The notes beneath the pieces were generated by a model, which searched no databases, had not been told where the DNA came from, and worked only from the letters and a program-made list of their open reading frames with translations. DNA of 5,317 nucleotides from Adineta steineri (Eukaryota). The stretch covers positions 47,367-52,683 of the forward strand of contig CAJNOG010000282.1 of NCBI GenBank assembly GCA_905250045.1. Direction: 5' to 3'. Shown in pieces: positions 1-5,317 of the stretch (position 1 is its first letter; every line of letters begins with the position of its first letter). The position numbers were made by a program, and so were the translations under genes.

Positions 1-65
1 AATCTGATAATATCTAATATGGAAACATCGTTTTGAGAAATTTGATAAATAAAGTATCGCTCCAT
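1..65 (-). CDS. Possible 5' end of a minus-strand CDS that leaves the window on the left (MERYFIYQISQNDVSILDIIR...)
   Basis: The minus-strand ATG at 65..63 sits in a good context (gaaATGg) and is preceded by an in-frame TAA. The frame stays open for 21 codons to the window edge. It is too short to distinguish from chance, since about 1 in 6 random frames of this length are open at this AT content. A competing plus-strand reading (stop TGA 34-36, AATAAA 48-53) is listed under rejected. Confidence 0.2.
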   Translation of the reverse strand, partial: MERYFIYQISQNDVSILDIIR

Positions 66-1421
66 TTCCTTTCCTTCAATATATTAAACATAAATTAATA
101 TTACATACTACTTATTATCCATGCAATGAAAAATATGAAACGAACGCCTATCAATAAGTTCTTTCCTGTAGTTCATATTATAGTTTTCAAAAACATTTGA
201 ATTATGGCGTTTCAAGATCGTCATTTTCTTTGCATATTAACCCTGTTCCAACAACTTTGTGAAGAGAAAACTTGATTAATAGTTAGAAAACAAACTATCT
301 GTTTTTCTGATACAAAAAAAAATATTAATTCACACATTCAGGTACAGCATTAGAAGGCTATTGACGAATTGCGACCGAAACTTCAAATATTTTCCGCTCT
401 CACTCTCACTGCCGATCTGCTAATTAATTTGATCTTTGATCGTAATTTTGGAAGCCACGCATTAAAATAACGTCAACTATATTTATACAAAAATCTAGCA
501 TAAAAAACAATAATTCAACAAAATATTATGTATATAGATACAAAAAATAGTCGAATTTATGAATTATAAGGAAATTCATATGCATATATTATCAGATAAA
601 AGCTCACTTACAAAAATCAATAGATTAATATCTTAGTTTTTTTTTTAATTTTTTGATAATTTGTAGGTGAGTATAAACATAGAACGATAGGAATACTTTT
701 GTTCAAGAAAGATGTCCACCATTATATAATGTAATTATTCACACTATTTAGAGAATAATATTTTCAATAAGAAGAAAAATAATTGTCCCAAGTGAAGTTT
801 TGTCACGTAGATTGGAAAAGAATGCTTCTTTTGAGGGTACGAGTTAGTAACGTTTGGAAAATCTATTTTTATTGCCCAATTTAGATATAGTATGATTAGT
901 ATTATAGTTATACAGCAGAAGACGTTTAAATTATAATAATAAAATCAATAATTAGTTGGAATATATCATTTAATACAATATTACATCTCAATTAGAAAAA
1001 GATGTGTGATTTAACTTATAGTTTTGATCAAGTCAAGTCATAAATCAATAAAAACTTAATTTGGCTTTGTGACTTGAGTGATTTTTCATCTTATTCTATT
1101 TATCCAACAAAACTAATATAAACTTTAAAAATCCACTCTTTTCTTTCCTGAACATTGCTTAAGAGTATGTAAAGAAAGAGGAATGTGAGCATATACAAAT
1201 GTACTCGTGTTTTAATGAGAACAATATAGAACGATGTAAATGACGTTTTGAACCGTAAAATTGCAAATCAAATCAAAGATCGTTTGTATTCATAAAAAGT
1301 TATTTAAACATTCAAGGAATCTATCTAATCAATATTATTTGTATGGTAATTTATAGTTATTTACAATATCTGAATAAATTATTTTATAATCATACCTTTT
1401 CTTATTTTTATACACAACTAA

Positions 1422-2664
1422 AACTTAACTTCTTCATTCCTAAGTCATTCAATTGAAAATCCTGATTTAACATTAATATTGAATAAATGCTATACTAATT
1501 CAAAGTTCTGGTTACTTAAGAAATTCATGTTTTCTCCTATGAGTAAAGCGAAATAATCATCCTTTGAGAAATAGCATGTTTTTTTCATATTAATCAAGGT
1601 TCTCAATACCACTCTAAAGTATTATCTTTCAAATTAATACAAAAACTCATACGTTCTATAGTCTCTAAAAAAAGACATAAGAAAAAGTTTCTTTTGTATA
1701 ACTATTTTGATTTTTCGAGTTATTCTATTAATGAAATCATCTAGCTTTTTAAATGTTGGTTTGAGATTGACGAATTCAGGATATTGAAGCTATTATTAAG
1801 GATACACATGTCAGTGAAATAAAATACTCACAGCCCTGCTATTTTGAATGTAGCTATTATTAAATGAGTAAATATGTTTTTCTTGTATATCTGTGAATTC
1901 TTGTTACGGAGCGGTCTTATTACCTCTTCCATAAAAACATTTTATTTTTCTCCTAGAAGTATACGTGTAAATTGTTGTAGGGAAGAATAGGAAAAAATTT
2001 CTCTTCACATGTACTTCATCTCTCGTCGTAAGATTCATTGAATCATGACATGTACACGTGTGCATGAGAAACGAACAAAATAAATGTGTTTGAAAGTATA
2101 CAATACTTTTTCATTTTTTATTTAATGTCACCCATAATGATATTTGAGTCATTGTTTTGATAAACCTACTCAAAATACTTTCTTACATCTTAATTATCAA
2201 CATATTAAAAAATCAATATTTGATCAGTTTTGTTAAAATCCACATATTAAACAACAAATTTCATCATTACAATTTTCTACTGATGAATTTTCTCATCTTC
2301 GATCGTTGACCTTAATAAATGTAAAACAAAACGAAATGATTAAAATTCAATCAATGTTATCATATTTATATAATCTACGATATCTACTTTGACTTATCAA
2401 ACGCTAATAATTCCTATTTATGTTAAAAACAAGTTGGATAAAATTCTCTCGTCTTGAAATATTATTAAAACGAACACCAAATTTAGAAACTTTAAAAGTA
2501 ATGAAAGATGCACCACAATTTTATTACATGTATCAAGTATTACAATTCATTGTTTATTTTTTCCATCCAGTACGAATTTATGGTTAGAAGAAACTGTAAA
2601 AAAATTAAATAGTAATGTTATCAGTCCAGTATTACAAATTTGGGTTGGTGAAAATAAACGTTAG
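1422..2664 (+). pseudogene. Decayed F-box / leucine-rich-repeat-like gene relic with multiple in-frame stops and frameshifts
   Basis: Frame 3, 1422-1556, reads NLTSSFLSHSIENPDLTLILNKCYTNSKFWLLKKFMFSPMSKAK*. The stretch IEN-PD-LTLILNKC...SKFWLL resembles an F-box core (L-P-x-E-hydrophobic run ... K-R/K-W-x-L). Frame 2, 1568-2041, is unusually open for this base composition, with stops only at 1742, 1820, 1865, 1988 and 2039. It contains FEIDEFRILKLLLRIH and FLYICEFLLRSGLITSSIKTFYFSP. Frame 3, 2148-2309, reads VIVLINLLKILSYILIINILKNQYLISFVKIHIL.... Frame 2, 2237-2392, reads NPHIKQQISSLQFSTDEFSHLRSLTLINVKQNEMIKIQSMLSYLYNLRYLL*. After stops at 2390, 2405 and 2408, 2411-2587 contains KFSRLEILLKRTPNLETLKV. 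Frame 1, 2581-2664, reads WLEETVKKLNSNVISPVLQIWVGENKR*. The LxxLxLxxN/LxxL spacing is LRR-like. I found no GT..AG pairs that repair the breaks. Confidence 0.45.
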
Positions 2665-3353
2665 TTCTATACCTGATTTTTAGTATTACTAATATACTTT
2701 TGTTCATAAAAAACTAAAATATTTTTAAATATATTGATCACTGATAACGTCAGTTCGTACTGAAAAAGAGAGATAATGCAATATCAGAATATTTTCTGAC
2801 ATTGTTATGTAATATAGGTGTTCGCTCTTGAAAACGAATACATTAGCTAGAATGTACTAATTTTAGATCTTTTGTTGCTCGTTAAAATAGAAGAGTATAT
2901 ATTTTTTTTTCTTTGCAGACTATTGTCATCTATCATCACAACCAAATTAAACAAGGTTATACTTCCATTCTCCAATTTCAGATAGAATTCCTTGTCATAT
3001 ATTCATTACTAGATCGTTTTTTTTTGTTCGTGATATGAAACATACACAAGCAATTATTTTTATCAAGGATGTTATATAGAATCCATTCGTTTTATAAAAA
3101 TATGCTATTGTTATGTTTAATAATAAACAGAAATAATTACGAAATATTAAAAAATAAAAGTATCTCAACAGTATATAGTGTTAAAAATGAATTCAGTCAA
3201 ATTACTGTATAAGATTTATTAATGGTAATGTTAGATTTCTATACGATGAATATTCTTTCTCATTCCGATGATTCATCGTCGGCAGACAGTTGTCTGTTCT
3301 GTTTATATAGTATCAAAAGAAAATTATGTACAAGATAAATATTATGAAGATAT

Positions 3354-3370
3354 CTTTCTTTCTTTCTTTC
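3354..3370. repeat. (CTTT)4 microsatellite
   Basis: The direct read is ctttctttctttctttc, about 140 nt upstream of the ATG at 3508. Confidence 0.9.
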
Positions 3371-3507
3371 TGTATATTTTCTATTCTCATGATTTTTGTA
3401 CTCCATTCTTCGAGAACAAATGATTCATATATGCGTCGTATGTTTTCCAGAGAAAAGAGATAATTCCGCCATATCATTTCGATTATTTTTTCTTGTAATA
3501 CATCATT

Positions 3508-3522
3508 ATGCGCTTTGATCAG
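3508..3522 (+). CDS. Exon 1 (start codon plus 4 codons, MRFDQ) of the small acidic coiled-coil protein gene
   Basis: The sequence ATG CGC TTT GAT CAG is followed directly by the donor CAG|GTACGA (GT at 3523-3524). An in-frame TAA at 3496-3498 means this ATG is the only start compatible with that donor. Joining to 3586 keeps phase 0 and gives a 264-nt CDS. A different, more distant upstream exon cannot be excluded. Confidence 0.45.
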
Positions 3523-3585
3523 GTACGATCTCTTCGTGAATAATATATCAATCTCAATTAAATATTGTTATTTTTCTTAATATAG
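3523..3585 (+). other. 63-nt intron (GTACGA ... TTTTTCTTAATATAG)
   Basis: It has a canonical GT donor, a pyrimidine-rich tract and a TAG acceptor at 3583-3585. The interior is very AT-rich and carries in-frame TAA, TAA and TAG, so it cannot be translated with the standard code. Confidence 0.55.
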
Positions 3586-3834
3586 GATCCAGAACGCTCT
3601 CCTTCACCCGTATCTTCATCATCGGATAATGAAGATATTGATAATGATGTCGAAGATGAAAGTGAATTATTAGAAAATATGGCTGAAAAAGAAGCTGAAT
3701 TAAATCGTACACAACAGTTGATCGACGAACGAAATAAACAAGTCGAAGCAACGATTATGGAACTTCGTCTAATCAATGATCTATTACGACAGATTGAAAC
3801 TCTTACACATAATGATACAGAGTCAAAACGTTGA
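3586..3834 (+). CDS. Terminal exon of a small acidic, Ser-rich coiled-coil protein. It may belong to the short coiled-coil protein (SCOC/UNC-69-like) family, but this is unverified.
   Basis: The frame is open for 82 codons plus TGA (3832-3834): DPERSPSPVSSSSDNEDIDNDVEDESELLENMAEKEAELNRTQQLIDERNKQVEATIMELRLINDLLRQIETLTHNDTESKR*. Hydrophobic residues show heptad-like spacing from LLENM to IETL. Codons are GAA/GAT/AAT/CGT-rich. A strong acceptor sits immediately upstream and AATAAA lies 24 nt after the stop. The opposite-strand 95-aa track ORF is the Ser/Ile/Phe-rich complement of these GAN codons. Confidence 0.75.
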   Translation, partial: DPERSPSPVSSSSDNEDIDNDVEDESELLENMAEKEAELNRTQQLIDERNKQVEATIMELRLINDLLRQIETLTHNDTESKR

Positions 3835-3857
3835 ACTTTACACATCTTTCTCTAATT

Positions 3858-3863
3858 AATAAA
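3858..3863 (+). terminator. AATAAA polyadenylation signal for the coiled-coil gene
   Basis: An exact AATAAA hexamer lies 24 nt downstream of TGA 3832-3834 and is followed by T-rich sequence. AATAAA-like strings are common in AT-rich DNA, so this rests on position only. Confidence 0.5.
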
Positions 3864-4043
3864 TTTTCCATTACTTTTCTGTTCATATGTAGATTTTTAT
3901 GTCAATAGCTTTTTTTTCAACAGATTTTGTATTTTTTCATAGTTATAACCGTTCTGTAGTATATATTTAATGAACACAACATTGACCATACGATGCACTA
4001 TACCGATAAGATTAAATACAAAAACATAAAATATTACTTACAG

Positions 4044-4145
4044 TTACTCAATGTAACAAAATTTATGTTCATATATAAATCCGATTTCCAATTGTCCTGC
4101 TGGATTAACATGATCTACAATACTTTGTAATATTTTTTTCTCCAA
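4044..4145 (-). CDS. Candidate terminal exon of a small minus-strand gene (LEKKILQSIVDHVNPAGQLEIGFIYEHKFCYIE*)
   Basis: A minus-strand acceptor tcttttaag|TTGGAG (AG = plus 4146-4147) is followed by 33 sense codons and TAA (4046..4044). The third-position A/T bias matches the neighbouring gene (cca gca gga caa ttg gaa atc gga). ATTAAA lies on the minus strand at 3966-3971, about 73 nt downstream. An alternative acceptor is at 4159-4160. I recognise no homology, and a competing plus-strand small ORF overlaps nearby. Confidence 0.3.
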   Translation of the reverse strand: MEKKILQSIVDHVNPAGQLEIGFIYEHKFCYIE

Positions 4146-4440
4146 CTTAAAAGACCATCTAATATCCAATATGGAAAAAAAACTTATTTTTATGGAAGGA
4201 CGGGTAGATGTGGAGATTGATTTTCGATTGCCTCATGTTCACACTCATACCCTTTAAATTTCTACTTAATGTTCTTCTGGATTTTTTAGTTTAATTTAAG
4301 TTTATTTTTCTTATACTAAATTGATGTTTTTTATATATCAGTAAAACTTATTTCTTCTACTGATAGAATACGCATGTTCACTGATTAGTTTGAATTTTTT
4401 ACTGACCAGGGGTGGGTGCTGGTGTTGATTTGAATTTCGG

Positions 4441-4448
4441 TATATAAT
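4441..4448. promoter_or_regulatory. TATA-like element (TATATAAT) in the intergenic region
   Basis: tatataat sits beside the only GC-rich patch of the window (4407-4427). It is 66-73 nt upstream of the candidate minus-strand ATG at 4375. TATA-like strings are frequent in AT-rich DNA. Confidence 0.25.
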
Positions 4449-4570
4449 CTATCACTCGTCGTCACAAACACCCACACTCTATTGCAAAGTAATGTCATTC
4501 ACTGATTAATTATCAATGATCGACTTGAACATATATCATTGACAAAGAGAATATATTTCAGTACTTCGTG

Positions 4571-4576
4571 TTTATT
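4571..4576 (-). terminator. AATAAA polyadenylation signal (minus strand) for the cysteine-rich gene
   Basis: Plus-strand tttatt at 4571-4576 equals AATAAA on the minus strand, about 156 nt downstream of the TAA at 4734..4732. Confidence 0.45.
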
Positions 4577-4731
4577 AAAATGAAAAAAATCTTCAACGAA
4601 AAGAACAAAGAGAAATTGCTTGTATATAAAAAAAGTAAGAATAAGGTAAGAGACTCTAGATTATAAAGATGAATAAAGAAAGTGTTCTGTTAATACTAAT
4701 ATATGTTTTTGTAGACATCGAACGATAGATC

Positions 4732-5317
4732 TTATGGGGATACACATTGTCTTTTGGTGGTAACTACGTTTCCATTTGTCTTTGTTACTGTAACACATTT
4801 ACATTTACAACAGTCAATGTCATTCGTACACGATCCCTGTGTAGGACATCCTTGAGTACTAATCGATTGTCCAGTTGGATTCAAGCAGTAACCAGATACT
4901 TCGTTATTATGTTTGAAGCACTGATATTCCTTGCCTGAAACACAGCAATCTGCATCTGCTGTACAATCTGTAATTGGACAACTACCTGATGAATTGCTAA
5001 ATGTTGTAGTTGAAGACGGTGCGGTAGTAGTAGTAGTGCTTTGATTAATACATTATTGAGTAGACGGATCAAGAATACAATTTACTACGTATCCACCGAC
5101 ACATTTTTGAGTCGTGGAATCATAGCACACACCATTACATAATTTAATCTGGTTTGGTTGATATGCAGGATAGTTATTTGTAACATTACATATTCTTGTA
5201 TTAGCAGCCCAAACTTGTCTTATTCCCATGCAGCGTCCATTACATATTTGAGTTGAGATGCAGAGAAAATTATTTATGCACGATTGAGAGTTTGGATCGT
5301 AACAGACAGGAGATGAT
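4732..5317 (-). CDS. 3' portion of a cysteine-rich, secreted-type protein gene. The 5' end lies beyond the window. One in-frame TAA at 5055..5053 means it may be a young pseudogene.
   Basis: Minus-strand frame starting at 5316: SSPVCYDPNSQSCINNFLCISTQICNGRCMGIRQVWAANTRICNVTNNYPAYQPNQIKLCNGVCYDSTTQKCVGGYVVNCILDPSTQ*CINQSTTTTTAPSSTTTFSNSSGSCPITDCTADADCCVSGKEYQCFKHNNEVSGYCLNPTGQSISTQGCPTQGSCTNDIDCCKCKCVTVTKTNGNVVTTKRQCVSP* (terminal TAA 4734..4732). This gives 193 sense codons with a single internal stop, 27 Cys in regular patterns, a Thr/Ser linker and N-x-S/T sequons. There is no Met in this part, which is why the ATG-based ORF track missed it. Confidence 0.7.

Noticed and set aside
1-53. Plus-strand reading at the left edge: NLIISNMETSF, stop TGA 34-36, then AATAAA 48-53 (3' end of an upstream gene)
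   Set aside because: Only 11 open codons, which is indistinguishable from chance. It conflicts with the equally weak minus-strand ATG ORF, which I listed at low confidence. It cannot be resolved without the flanking sequence.
1033-1077. Hairpin: TCAAGTCATAAA / TTTGTGACTTGA (12 bp with one G-U pair, 21-nt loop), next to a CAAGT-CAAGT tandem
   Set aside because: The stem is too short for a miRNA-type precursor and there is no flanking context. A few such stems are expected by chance in 5.3 kb.
679-1236. 10-mer ATAGAACGAT repeated at 679-688 and 1226-1235 (a similar GAACGATAG lies at 4720-4728)
   Set aside because: Dozens of repeated 10-mers are expected by chance at this length and composition. 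The flanks show no extended similarity, so this is not a dispersed repeat or TIR.
2007-2066. Palindrome cluster catgACATGTACACGTGTgcatg (contains an E-box-type CACGTG site, with the 8-bp palindrome ACACGTGT at 2054-2061). The 8-mer ACATGTAC is repeated at 2007-2014 and 2048-2055.
   Set aside because: The elements are short, lie inside the decayed ORF rather than in a promoter position, and are within chance expectation.
2902-3038. Very strong acceptor-like site (T9-CTTTGCAG, AG at 2917-2918) followed by a 40-codon open frame (TIVIYHHNQIKQGYTSILQFQIEFLVIYSLLDRFFLFVI*)
   Set aside because: The peptide has no recognisable features, I could not pair it with a donor or upstream exon, and T-runs followed by AG are common in this DNA. 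It might be a UTR exon or part of the decayed gene, but this is unsupported.
3558-3845. Track ORFs on the minus strand (95 aa at 3558-3845 and 65 aa at 3554-3751)
   Set aside because: Both are antisense to the coiled-coil exon. The 95-aa product is low-complexity and Ser/Ile/Phe/Cys-rich, as expected from complementing GAA/GAT/AAT codons. It has no splice or poly(A) context. The plus frame has an acceptor, a donor, heptad periodicity, a stop and AATAAA.
4171-4257. Plus-strand small ORF MEKKLIFMEGRVDVEIDFRLPHVHTHTL* in the slightly GC-richer patch
   Set aside because: It is only 28 codons, has no splice or poly(A) context, and overlaps equally plausible minus-strand frames. The evidence is insufficient.
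4747-5072. Track ORFs 4747-4938 (+) and 4881-5072 (-)
   Set aside because: These are off-frame or antisense shadows of the cysteine-rich reading frame. Their products (for example QLQHLAIHQVVVQLQIVQQMQ) lack any pattern, whereas the third minus-strand frame gives 193 sense codons with regular Cys spacing.
3496-5317. Alternative genetic code (TAA/TAG = Gln, TGA the only stop, ciliate-like). It would read through the TAA at 5053-5055 and also through the 63-nt intron, which contains only TAA/TAG stops.
   Set aside because: TGA is frequent in all frames across the window, so there is no ciliate-style coding density. The F-box/LRR relic is also broken by TGA codons and frameshifts. The intron has canonical GT..AG signals and non-coding AT-rich composition. 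AATAAA follows both annotated stops. Translation past TAA 4732-4734 gives only the F/L/I-rich text expected of T-rich non-coding DNA. The idea remains testable by proteomics.
1-5317. Search for prokaryote-style or mobile-element features: CRISPR arrays, operons, tRNA/rRNA, terminal inverted repeats, and reverse-transcriptase or transposase relics
   Set aside because: I found no regularly spaced repeats, no cloverleaf-compatible or rRNA-like segments, no long TIR/LTR pairs, and no translation resembling RT or transposase motifs. The window is eukaryotic genic and intergenic DNA.

Overview
This is AT-rich eukaryotic nuclear DNA (roughly 70% A+T by eye), not a prokaryotic locus. There are no long ATG-initiated ORFs. 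It has a canonical short GT..AG intron with a T-rich acceptor tract, and AATAAA signals downstream of stop codons. The 63-nt intron and A/T-ending codon style suggest a compact invertebrate-type genome, but I cannot name the taxon. I can support three gene-derived elements. (1) A small two-exon plus-strand gene (3508-3522 + 3586-3834) encodes an 87-aa acidic/Ser-rich coiled-coil protein. (2) The 3' part of a minus-strand cysteine-rich, secreted-type ORF (4732-5317) runs off the right edge and carries one in-frame TAA. (3) A decayed F-box/leucine-rich-repeat-like pseudogene relic lies at about 1422-2664 (+). All three are missing from the supplied ORF track, which appears to list only ATG-started ORFs of about 60 aa or more. 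I judge the four listed ORFs to be antisense or off-frame shadows of the real frames. Weaker candidates are a possible minus-strand micro-gene (4044-4375) and an edge ORF at 1-65. I see no rRNA, tRNA, CRISPR array, transposon termini or multi-gene system. The best leads are the interrupted cysteine-rich gene, which has tandem knottin-like modules and an unassigned Cys repeat, and the decayed F-box/LRR gene. All homology statements come from reading the translations by eye and need database or profile searches.
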